Positions 36,622 to 53,944 of a stretch of 64,000 nt of DNA are shown piece after piece (within the stretch, counting starts at the first letter, position 1; every line of letters begins with the position of its first letter). The notes under the pieces were generated by a model. It was not told where the DNA came from, did not search any database, and saw only the letters and a program-made list of their open reading frames with translations. The position numbers and the translations under genes were made by a program. This DNA comes from Vitrella brassicaformis CCMP3155 (lineage: Eukaryota; Protista; Chromerida). Location of the stretch: positions 1 to 64,000 of the forward strand of contig CDMY01000938.1 in NCBI GenBank assembly GCA_001179505.1, in the 5' to 3' direction.

Positions 36622-39600
36622 CTACAGGGGGACCCTTTTCTCCACCACCACAGCCGGCTCCAGCCCGCGGGGACGCCACTGAAGTGATACACACACACAC
36701 ACACACACAGCCAGGCAGCCAGGGGATGAGCACAGCAAACACCCTTACTGGCAACGTACTACGCACCTGTGACGGCCGGGCCTCGAGGATCGCCTCTGTG
36801 CACCTGCAGCAGAGGCAGGCCAGGAGACAGGCAATCAAGAAGATACACATGCACACATACACACACAAGGTCTTGTCTTGCTCATCGATCGACTCACCCT
36901 TTCACAAGTTCAGCCATCTGTGTGAGCTGCAGGCATGCATCCACGCGCTGTGTGGTGACACGCAGGGCCTCCTCAACCACACTGTCCCCTGACAGGGCTA
37001 TGTCCTACACACACAGGGAGAGAGGGAGGGAGCATGAAGACGCCTACAGTGAGTGGAAAGGATGGATGCTGTGGTTAATGAATGACCCGCCCACCGTGGC
37101 TTTGGCCTCGAAGAGCACATTGGCCAGCTCCAGCACCTGTTTCCGCACACACATACAGACTGATGCCGTGTGTGTGTGTGTGTGTGTGTCATAACGTGCC
37201 TGTGAGAGCGGCGGTGCGTCTTCGATGGGGCCAGCGGTGGCATCGGTGTGGATCAACAGCCTGAGCCACACCATACACACACGTCGGGTTGTTGGTCTCT
37301 CCCACGCCCTGCCCGCCCACATGCATACAGACATCTAAGCATGCGTACCATCGGTCGATTTGTGTGACCCACTGCAGGAAGACCTCCAAGGGCAGGTGCT
37401 CACGCAACGCACACACCATCTGAGGCCGAGAACTACACACACAGGCAGATAGAGAGGGTGTCACATTCGCACACACGGCCGGCCACACTGGTGGGCATCA
37501 GATCAGTCCCTCTATCTCTCCCAGTGAGTGACACGTACGTGGCCTGTCCGACAAAATGAGTCTTGAGGAAGCCTGCCGTCAAGTCGCCGTGCCACACTGC
37601 CAGACGCACGACATCATCGTCCTGACACCAAGACACACAAAAACAGACGCATAGCATCTCGTTGTGTGTTCGTGTCCCCTCCCTCGCTCTTGGTTGTGCC
37701 CCTGTCTGTCACACCAACCGATAGGTTCTGTGTGGCCACAAGCCGCTCAGCAGCACTGTGCAGGCCGTTCTGCGTGACGATGTGGACGAGAGGCGACAGG
37801 CAGGAGGACGCAAACTGACCGCCGCTCACCAGACCCACGATGCAGTCACCTGCAGTGCACACGGGGGGAGGGGACCGACACAATGAAAAAGGGGAATGTG
37901 ATGCGATGTGGCTGTCTATGTGAATATTTGCCAACGTACAGATCTTCTGCCGTTTCCTCTCTTCCTTGGTCTCGTCGCCGTCAGCCGTCCTCGCGAGTGC
38001 GGCGATCTTGCCGTCAGAACGAGACAGGGCACTCGTGATTGCCTGACAGACAACCAACGCGCACCAAATACAATTCATGTGCCACTCGCTACGCTCGCTA
38101 CTGTGGCTTTCGTACCTTGATGGCGAAGTTGGGCTGCGCTTCGATGGTTTCCCTGAGGGCACCAGGCAGATACTCGAGGGCTGCACCGCGGCCTGGATGA
38201 CAAACACATAGACATGCGGTGGGTGTTGTTGTGTGTCGAGATGTGCTGTCTTTCGGGGTCTCGTGTGTGTGGGTGGGATGGGCTGCGTACCAATGCAGGC
38301 GGCCGCTGTGACTGGGGTGAGATCAAGGGTCACCACAGACATCTGCCGGCAAACACCGACGGCAGACCAACCACACATTCAGGATGCATCGCACACGGAG
38401 GGAGGGCAGGTCGCTAAGGTACCTCTGGTGATGCGAAGGAGACCCCCACAGACACCGCCGACGAGTCAGATCCCCGCCGCATATCCACAGAGGGGAAGAC
38501 AACAGACCGCTGCACACCACACAACCCAACAAATGACAAGGGCACGGTTTCTCCCTCGGTTGCGTACCCTCACTGCTCCACTGGCTTGCAGCCTTGATGG
38601 CCCGTGGTGTATGGCCCCCCACTTGGTGTCACGCACAACGTAGGCACTCTCATACCTCTCGCCGTCGGCCCCATCCTCAACCTCGGACGCCATCTGCTCA
38701 CTGCCATCCCTAGCAGCACTGGCAGCTGGCCTCCGCATGGTGATGAAGAGAAGCTCCTCTGAGAGGGAGGACGCCCCGACCACTTGGAAGGGGGCGGTGA
38801 AGTCGGTTTGGCTGCTGCCGTCATGGAGGTCTTGTTGGTGGCGGATTGCGGGCAGCTGGTTGACCACTGACAGCTCCAGGGACTGGGGGTGCCGCTCACA
38901 TATCTGCATGGCATGAAGCACATGGGTACATACAATGCGCACGGCACGTTTGTGGGGGCGGGGACAGTGTCTGCTGTGAGTGACTACGTGAGTGAGCGAG
39001 CTAGTGGGTGTGTACCCTACCTGTGTGGCGCCTCCATCCCAGGTGATAGCGATCCTTTTCAGAGGGGACCAAGATGGACTCGCAGTGATGCTCAACACCT
39101 GATGGATGGATGGATGGATGGATGAACCAGAAAGACACATGTCTATCACATCAGCAACTGTCTAACCTCAGCTGCATCGGGTGACTCTGTCGCAGGCAGA
39201 CTGCCGCTGGGCAGCTCCTCCACCTGATCGAGTGCCACAGCCGGGTCATGCTGCTCATCAGGCGGTGGCAGTGAGAATCTGCACCCCCAGTAGCCGCAGC
39301 CCGCCCCCGCGCTGCTGCTGGCGGCGTAGTGCATCACATAGACCGTCACCACCCGCCGGCCGTCCTCCATGCCCTCAAAAGGCAGCACGCTCACCACATC
39401 GCCTTTCCTAATGCGGCAGCCGGGCAGGCTGACCGTCGAGAGAACAGCCAGCCGGATATGTGACGATGAAGCTGCTGTGTTGTCGTCAGCAGCCTGTTGT
39501 TGGGTCTTCTTTCTCTTGCCGGGCTTCTTCCCCGGCGGCTGATCTGTTGACGTGGACGCGTCGTCGCGTGTGAGTGACAGAGAGAGGAGCAGCAGCTTGC

Positions 39601-40185
39601 CGTCCTTGGTGAGGGCCGACAAGAGCAGGCCAGAAGGGGCGATGCTCGTGACGGGGGTCAACTGTGCGAGTGACCCAGACACCTGCAGCAGCAAAGAGAA
39701 AAACCATCAACCACACCACATCAGACAGGCTGACGGTTGCTCTTCCCTCTCCTTTGCTGCTGACCTGCAGGGTGGTCACTGCCTCTCTGTCCGGCATCGC
39801 CACACCGACCTCCTTCAGTCCACTCGCGAACACCAGTGCCTCAGGCGGGTCAGACTCATCGCCTTGCGGCGGCATGCTGACCCATATGAGACCCACCTCA
39901 GGCCGGATCTCCCCCTGTGGACCAATCGTCGCTGCTGACTCTCCCTCAGCCTCAACACAACACGAAAGCACGACAGTAGAGCAAAGAATGAGTGTGGCCG
40001 ATAGATCTTTCTGTTCTGTTCTGTGATGAGAGAGTCACCCCTGTGTAGTGCTTGACGCCCTCGTCGGCAACGTAGGCGACGGCATGGTGGACATCACTCG
40101 ATGAATCTGGTGATGAAATCGTTTGACAAGGCCAGATCGCGGCACTCTCTGTCACGTGGAGACTGTCGTCTTCACGCGCACTCAT
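36622..40185 (-). CDS. Large hypothetical protein, possibly with a beta-propeller-like N-terminal part; multi-exon
   Basis: Run of spliceable minus-strand exons with GT-AG introns: MSAREDDSLH..AVAYVADEG, LSALTKDGKLLLLSL, SLKRIAITWDGG, VRLAVWHGDL, LPLEVFLQWV, QVLELANVLFEAK. No family recognised; ends approximate. Confidence 0.5.
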
Positions 40186-40606
40186 CGTTACCAGAATCAG
40201 GAGCAGATCGTTGCCAGAAGCAGCAACAGTTTCAGGTAGCACCCTAGCGGAATGCGAGCTCAAGGGTAAATTGCTGCCGAGGAAGGGCGCGTGAGAGCCT
40301 CATTCTTCGCCTTTTGTGCGGCGCAAGGTGCGGCGCGATGATTCCTTGACTTTGGTACGCCGATTGATGCAAGAATTGTTGCAAGCGAGTCGGCAAGGAG
40401 AGCCAGATATGTGTTTTGTCTGCTGCAGATGGGTGCGCACAGCAGCCGAGTAAGTTGCCGCTCCGCTGGCTCATTCAGCTCAAGCAGGCGCATCTGTGTT
40501 TTGGAGGGTCGTGAGCTGACGGGTTGTCACGGAGAGGATCTGTGTGTGTGTCTGTGTGTGGTGGTGGTATGCCAGGTTGGTGCAAGGTTGGTGGTAATTC
40601 ATCCTG

Positions 40607-42944
40607 ATGGATAGGGCGCCAGCGAGTCGGGCCGCGGCAGCAGCAGCAGCAGCTGGTGATGGTGCTGGTCGTGATGGTGTAGGTGTGAAGCGCAGGTGCC
40701 CCACCGATGGCGGGAAAGAGAGCGATGCGCGTGATGGGATACTCACGGGCATCCAGCAGGGCCAGCGGGTCATAGAGGCCCTCAAAGAGATGCTCACAGA
40801 CCTAGAGCAGCGAGAGGTGAAAATGGGCGGCACGGCGGCACCAGACAAACCATCGGTAGGGATGCAGGGAGGGAGAACAAAGAAGGTGGGTGAAGAAGGA
40901 AGGGGTGTCACTTCTCCTTGTCTGCTGTGCATGTGTGTGTCAGGGCGAGTTGCTGCGTGAGGTGTTGCAGTTCAACCTTAGCGGGGAGCCTTTCAGTGCC
41001 CGCCGGTCGGCCCTCTGTGCGGCCAAGGGCAGTGTGCTGGCAGTGATGTACTGTGGCAAATTTGACGCCGCTTTCATCCGAGATGAGAAGAATCGCATCT
41101 TCTTGATGATCCACGCACCAGCCTTCAAGTGGTGAGGGACTAATTACACTGGTGTGGCACGGACGAACGGTCACGAGATGGCTGATGTGGTGTGTGTTCA
41201 GGTTGGTGGGTGAACTCATCATGTACGAGGGCGAGCAGATCGAGACTGTGGCGCTGCCGCCGTCTAAACAGAAGGACGCACCATACAAGTGACCACCCAC
41301 TACGCAAGAAACAAGAGGGGAGGCCGACAAGGTGAGACCTCTTCTGCGTATCGATCGTCTGTGTCAGGTATTGGGCTGAGTTGCTGCTGTCCGACCCATC
41401 TGCGAAGAGGCGAGCGACCCACGACTCCGTGGCCATACCGCCTGCACAAGAGGGCCAGCAGGGAATGGGCGGCGAGCAGCCCAAAGACGACGCCCTCTGC
41501 CGCTCACTCGAGCTCACCAGTATCATCAAGAGGGCCATGGAGGACAAGGCTGCGCAGGAGGCACGCCTCGAGGCCATCAGACCACTGCTCAAGACGGGCA
41601 ATAGCGAGGAGGATTCGGTACGTAAAAGGCAGAAGGGGAGTGGGGAGAAGGAGGGAGAAGCCGTCAATCTTGTGCTCTGCGGTGTCAGTTGGTGTCGATT
41701 GAGGTGTCTGGAGCCACAGTGACGGTGACGAAAGCCGTCGCCACTTCGCTGGGTGACGACTCAACATTTGCAAATCGGTTCCTCAAGTATGCCAGCACAG
41801 CACACCGACCTACCGGCCAAACACACACAGTTGCATGTGTCTCAGGTATGACCCGCTGACTGTCGAGGTGCCCATCGAGTATGTGCAGCGGGTGGTGGAC
41901 ATAGTGGCGCGTGCACAGATAAAGGGGGCGGCCCCCACGGCGCTGGACGTGCATGGGGCGCAGGGGGAGCTGGCCCCCAAAGCATACCGACACGCACTCA
42001 CCATGTAAGGGCGGTGTGTGTGTCTGGCAGACAAGGCTTCAAAGCCTCTTCTATCTGGTGTCTGCGCCAGGTATGGATTGGCTGCTGATCGCTTTTTGGG
42101 CCCCGCTGACGCACTCCTGACCACCGACCACCTGCAGCAGATGCGCGACTGGACGCCACGCTTTGCAAACCGTCCCAACATCCCTCCGTGTGTGGGCGAG
42201 CCGGTCATGCGCATATACAAGTGAGAAGGGCAGGCCAGACAGCTCCCCAGCATCCTGCCCATGTGTCTTGATGTGTGCGTCATGGCAGGGCGACTGTGGA
42301 TGGCTGGAGGTGGTTGGATTTCTTCGATGCCGTCAAGGGCCACTCCCCCCTGCTGCTCATCTTCCGTGTGGCCGACGGCAATGAGCTCTTCGCCAGCCTC
42401 ATCAAGGGGCCCATCGAGGTCACCGGGGCGGCCGAGACGAACGCAACACGATGGCCTTCAGCTTGAAGCTGCAGGGGACAGACAGCCACACATACGTGGG
42501 CTACATCGGCCGCACCAGAAAGATGTGCGTCGCGGGCACACAGGTGGGTACTCATTTGAACGAGCAAGGCAGCCAGTCATGGTGACAGTCTCTTGTCCAT
42601 CCATGTGTGCAGGAGAAAGTCACCAACCTCCTCGATTTCTCTTCGCCTGCCTCCAGCCTGACTGCTGTCCTCTCGATGGCATGCTCCAGCTTTGGCGTCC
42701 GTCCGGCCGCCCAGCAGATATCGATCGGCGCACCAGCAGCGGCCAGCGATGAAATGATGAAGCGCTGCCAGGGGAGCATGCTGGAGGAGACTCAGCCCGA
42801 CGAGTGGCGGCAGTGGCAGTGCAGCGGCCGATCGTCAGGCCGAGCGACTACGGTTATGACGATGGTGACAAAGTGTACCTGCCTGTGTCAGTGAAGGGAT
42901 GGCACTTTGACATTGCTGAGCTCGAGGCGTACAAGCTGGCATGA
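40607..42944 (+). pseudogene. BTB(KCTD/T1-like)-BTB-TLDc family copy 1, with two frameshifts in the 3' exons
   Basis: VLQFNLSGEPFSARRSALCAAKGSVLAVMYCGKFDAAFIRDEKNRIF; LVSIEVSGATVTVTKAVATSLGDDSTFANRFLK; TLDc-like MRIYKATVDGWRWLDFFDAVKGHSPLLLIFRV. Frame breaks near 42445 and at 42820-42824. Confidence 0.65.
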
Positions 42945-43409
42945 AGGCGGGCTGGCAAGCGTGTCGCAGAGATGGAGGCCGTAGCATGACGATACCCATT
43001 GCGCCGACCGTGCTAATTGACAACTGTTGGCTTGTCTGACCATTGTCCAGGTCAGATGTGTGCTGCGAGCCGTCATCGATTGAATTAGGTTAGTCATTCG
43101 CAGTAGGCAGGCAGGCCAGCTCAAACAAGGCAAAAGTCACCGTACCACCTTCATCATAGTACATTCATTGACACCCAGACAGACACAGGCCCCCATCCCA
43201 GACACCCGCCAGGCCCCCACACAAAGACAACCACACGCATCCATCCATCCATCCATCCATTTCTGAATGCATCCCTAATTGAAGACTGGTCGACCACTCA
43301 CAGGAGAAGGCAACCCAGGCCAGCCCCACCACGGCCCCTCTCACGTTGCGCCGTCCGTCCATCCATCCCCCGTTGCCGGCCGTTTCTCACAGCCTCTCCC
43401 TCCCGTCAA

Positions 43410-46575
<3,166 letters not shown>

Positions 46576-46795
46576 TGCCTCTTCCTTACCACCTGTCCCT
46601 CGCCGCTGCAACTGCGATGGCCTTGCCCTTCGACGCGCTCTACGCGGTCACCAGCCTCTTGGCGAGCAGTTTCACGGAATGTCCTCGCAAGCTCAACTGC
46701 GTCACGGTGCCTTTTTGCTTTCGACAGTGTGCCTGCGAGGCTGAGAGCATCCAAGTTTTTGGCGTAGCGTCTGTTTCGAAAGCGTTTGGTTGACC

Positions 46796-48118
46796 ATGCC
46801 GAAGAACAAGGGTGAGCAGCCGGCACACACAACAACGCAGTAGAGAGAGGGTCACGACAGGACGCTCATGTGTGTCTGTGTATTGTGTTGCTTGTCAGGT
46901 AAGGGCGGCAAGAACCGCCGTCGAGGCAAGAACGAGAACGACGGGTGAGCAGATATCAGCAAGGGGAGGATCAACCGGTTTCCAGCAGATATATATGCAT
47001 CTCTGCCGTCCTTGTCTGTCGTGTGGCCGTCAGGCTCAAGCGTGAGCTCACCTTCAAGGAGGACGGGCAAGGTAAGCTGAGCGCGGCGGCGCGGCGCACA
47101 CCAGACAGAAGAGAAATGACTTTTTGTGATGTGATGTGTGTCTGTCGGTGTGTGTGTGTGTGTATCAGAGTATGCGTATGTGGTTCGTATGCTGGGTAAC
47201 GGCCGGTTGGAGGCGCAGTGTTTCGACGGAGTCAAGAGGCTATGCCACATCCGGTCAGAGAGGGAGAGAGGGAGAGAGAGAGAGAGCAACACAGGCAGTC
47301 AGGGCGTCTTGCGTGTCTGTCTTTCATCCCCTCTCGGCCTGCGCTGCGCTTCTCTTCCACAGTGGCAAGATGCGCAAGAAGGTGTGGGTCAACACGGGCG
47401 ACATTGTGCTCGTCTCACTCAGAGACTACCAGGACGAAAAGGGAGACGTCATCCTCAAGTAATGAATGACCATGCAACTCACTCAGGCACCCCCCCCCCC
47501 CACACANNNNNNNNNNNNNNNNNNNNNNNNNNNNNNNNNNNNNNNNNNNNNNNNNNNNNNNNNNNNNNNNNNNNNNNNNNNNNNNNNNNNNNNNNNNNNN
47601 NNNNNNNNNNNNNNNNNNNNNNNNNNNNNNNNNNNNNNNNNNNNNNNNNNNNNNNNNNNNNNNNNNNNNNNNNNNNNNNNNNNNNNNNNNNNNNNNNNNN
47701 NNNNNNNNNNNNNNNNNNNNNNNNNNNNNNNNNNNNNNNNNNNNNNNNNNNNNNNNNNNNNNNNNNNNNNNNNNNNNNNNNNNNNNNNNNNNNNNNNNNN
47801 NNNNNNCCCCCCCCCCCCACACACGCCATGCTCTCGCGTCCATCCCTCTCTCCCTGTGTGTGTGTGTGTGTGTCTGTGTGCCTATCACCAGGTACACGCC
47901 TGACGAGGCGCGCAACTTGAAGACGTACGGTGAGATCCCCGAGAACGCCAAGATCAACGAGGACGACGGGGGCGACGAGTATGGCGACGTAGACTTCGAG
48001 GACGACGACGGGGACGGAGTCGACATCGAAGACGTAAGGGGGACACACACAAACTTATGAAAGGACAGAGTGGTGCGGATGATGGTTTCTCTCTCTGTCT
48101 GTGTGTGTGCAGATCTGA
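46796..48118 (+). CDS. EIF1A: Eukaryotic translation initiation factor 1A; 7 exons
   Basis: [117 protein letters not shown].. Confidence 0.98.
47507..47806. other. Assembly gap (300 N) inside an eIF1A intron
   Basis: Both flanks show poly-C followed by acaca, suggesting overlapping contig ends. Confidence 0.99.
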
Positions 48119-48342
48119 GCAGATGACGTCGGTGTCTGCCTCTGTTCCTTTTGCTTGTCGCCCGTCCGTCTGTTCGATGCCACACCGCTGTAGAGCTACC
48201 GATTGATTGGTCCACAGACAAGACAGACAGCTTTTGGCTCTCTCTGCTTTGTATGTGTGTGTGACGATCATCGGCTGATGATTGGGGTGGTTCTCGACAG
48301 CATACATCTGCCTTGTCCCTGCTGCCTGCCTGCCTGGCTCGC

Positions 48343-48372
48343 CCTTGCCTTGCCTTGCCTTGCCTTGCCTTG
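48343..48372. repeat. (CCTTG)6 microsatellite
   Basis: Read directly; in the convergent intergenic region. Confidence 0.9.
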
Positions 48373-49282
48373 TTGTCGCACTGACCGGCGCATCCGTGTT
48401 GTGCGTCGGTTGTATTTCTTTGTATCGATCTGCTTTAAGAGCCATTCATGCCCTTCCTTACCCACCGGGGATGGGGTGGGGTCGGTGTGTGAGTGGGGCC
48501 GCTTTGACGGCCGCCAACGATCGATCACTCAGTGGGATAGGGGAGGGGGGGTGTGGGTGGGGGGGAATTGACGCGTACATGTCTGTGTTGCCAGTATATG
48601 CGTGTCCTCGTGTGCGTGTGTGCAGACTGTGTTGCATTGCGTGCCGTGCCGTGCCGTGCCATGCCATGTGTATGTTTCATTCAATGAGTGTTTTACAGAC
48701 ACACGCAGACAAGACACGCAGGCGCACAGAGGATGTCTCTCTCTCTCTCTCTCTCATGCAGCAGGGCCGCATATATACCATCCATATTTATGCATTCACA
48801 CATACGTACATATCAACACACACACACACACACACACGCAGACGCATCCAGGCCATGCAGTGCACTGGACCAACAAGTGAGCAATCGGTCGGTCGATCAA
48901 GTCAAGTCGCTATGTAGTTCTGGCCAGCCAGCCAGCCAGCCAGCCAACCCCGTAGCCGCCCCGCCGCAAACCCTATATCAGCAAACTGTGTGTATGTTGG
49001 ATGTGTATGTATGTATGTTGCAGGGGGGACCGGTCGATACGTACGGGAGAAGCAAGTCAGTCAGTGAGTAACATCATAGTGCACATGGGGGGATGCAATC
49101 GGTCGGTCCATCGTATGAACACACACACGCTCACTCACTCACTTCACAAAAGGCAACACACTGTCTGGCTGTCTGTATCTGTATCTGTACACGCAGCACC
49201 AGTATGTCCTCTAAGCGGGCAGCCAGGCAGGCAGGCAGGCAGCCAGGCGGCGAGCATTTGAGCAAGGGCACACCACAGAGCC

Positions 49283-49310
49283 GAGTGAGTGAGTGAGTGA
49301 GTGAGTGAGT
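49283..49310. repeat. (GAGT)7 microsatellite
   Basis: Read directly; just downstream of ARP1. Confidence 0.9.
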
Positions 49311-49367
49311 GGGTGAGCGAGTGAGTGACTGGGAGAGCCATGAATGGGATCGATCCTCATCTCATCA

Positions 49368-51897
<2,530 letters not shown>

Positions 51898-52080
51898 GAT
51901 CCTTCTTCAATCAGCAACACCCAATAGCTGCTCCTCTCCTCTACGGCCGATGGATGCTACACAAATGATTCACTGCAAGGCCCCGATGCAAGGGGAATCC
52001 AATCGCACCAATTGGTGGCCTCTATCACACCGCGGGCCCACGAGCTCGCAAAACCGCCCCCTCCGTCTCGCCGCCTCAGG

Positions 52081-52943
52081 ATGGAACCAGCTGCCAGGAG
52101 CCCGCCTGTTGACGTTGAGAGCGGACAGCACTCGCCGGCCCCGTCGGCGCCACGGACAAAGGAAGGGCGAAGAAAGCCTTCTCGCCGACATCCCGGCGGG
52201 AGGAGGGCCACCAGCGTTGCAAGGCGTGGCAGCAAGAGGGGGAGTGTGCGGCGCGTGGCGAGACGGCCACTGCGGTTTGTGATTCAGCACTTGGACTATG
52301 ACTTCACACACCAATGCGGTATGTATGTGCGCTGGCGCAGGGAAGAGGGAGCTGTCGCGGGTTTGCAATGGAATGTGTAGTTGGTTGGTCGGTGTGTGTC
52401 GTGTGCAGGATGTCGGCCTCGGCAGTGTCGTCAGGTGTGGATCATGGTGGGCGGGTTCCTGCCTGCGTCGGTGTGGATCATCGCAGCCATGATTCTGCAC
52501 CTTTCCATCATCGGCAGAGAGGTCAGCGGCATTGCTCATCTGCATGCACCTGTGGCTGCATCCTGGTTTCCTGTTTGGTGTCTTCAGAATGGACAGAAGT
52601 GTTTTGCGATGGCGACGATATCACTCAGACCATTCGGTCAGCATCGCACTCACACAGCACTCTGTGTCTCTGTCCGCCTTCTCCTCTGTCTGCTGCCCTC
52701 ATTGTCATGCCTGTCTCTCAAATGTGTGCAGGAGTGCAGATTGAGTACCACAGTGTGGTTGTGCCCCCTGATATGTGCGGCACCCTGGTCTTCTACTCTA
52801 CTGCCGTCATCAAGGGCATCTTCGGCTGTCTCGTGGCGGCCATCCACTTACTGCTGGCGCTCCTTTGGCTTATCACCATCGTCGGCATACCGTTCCCGAG
52901 CACTCATCTGAAGGTTGGCCCCTCTCTCTCTCTCTCTCTCTCT

Positions 52944-52974
<31 letters not shown>

Positions 52975-53227
52975 CGTCTCTGCCTGATACGCACCTGTGG
53001 GCGCTGTCTGCGTCTCTCTCTATGCTCTGTGCGTGCAGTTGGCCTTTCTGGTTGTGTGGCCGTTCGACATATCGGTGTCTCTAGTGGAAGACGACAGCGA
53101 GTACGTCGACCTTACGGATGAAGACGAGGAGCAGGAGACAGACAACGACCTAGAGGCAGGGGGGCGTAAGCAGCGGGGAGGGGGTCGAGGGGGAGGGGGA
53201 AGGTATGGAGCAGCGACTGGCAGCTGA
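52081..53227 (+). CDS. YccF-domain (inner-membrane-component) membrane protein with two repeats; multi-exon
   Basis: VWIMVGGFLPASVWIIAAMILHLSIIG and GIFGCLVAAIHLLLALLWLITIVGIPFPSTHLK-LAFLVVWPF match the YccF pattern (..ITIIGIPF..HFKLA..ALWPFG). Confidence 0.75.
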
Positions 53228-53944
53228 TGGTGATGATGATGAACGACGTCTGGCCGCGGCTGGTTGTCGACTGAGTATGCCGCCTGTGTATGTGTGTTGC
53301 TGTACCGTCAAGGATGGAGGCGCAAGGATGCGACAGGTGTTTTTTTCTTCCCGTCTGCCGGCTCTTCTCTTTGCATGCGACCGGCTGAGAAGACATATAT
53401 GATGGGATTCCTCTCCAACTAATGAGGTCTTTGCCATTACTTTTGTCACAGTATAGGATGTCAGCGATGTGCAAGTATAAAGGGGACAACAAATCACAGT
53501 CCCCTCCCCTCCCCTCCCTCTCTGTCCATCGAAGTACAGACCACATACACACCCATGAAGGAAGCTATGAATGGGGCAGTCAATGTGCGAAAACGAATTT
53601 GCGGCACACAAAAGGCTCCTCAGTCCGCCCACACACATGGACGGACGGACGGACACGGTCGTCGTCTTTTGGCTAAGCATGGGTATGTGCGGTGCGCCAG
53701 TGCCTGGCCGTGTGATGATATGAAGTGCAGTGCTAAAAGCACACCTGCCCCATTCACAAACACATAATTAATACAGACAGACAGACAGACGGAGGGGTAG
53801 CGCAGCACATGTGGCAGCATCCATCCATCCATCACCCATTACTTACTCATCCACACACTTCATGCACATGCCCCGCCTGCAGTGCCACCCGGCCCCTGCA
53901 CACGAATTTCTCTCTGCCTTGCCCCTCCCCCCTCTCCCTGTCCC

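Noticed and set aside
47461-47890. Unusually long eIF1A intron or an insertion
   Set aside because: The length comes from a 300-N placeholder with duplicated poly-C/acaca flanks; the real intron is probably about 130 nt.
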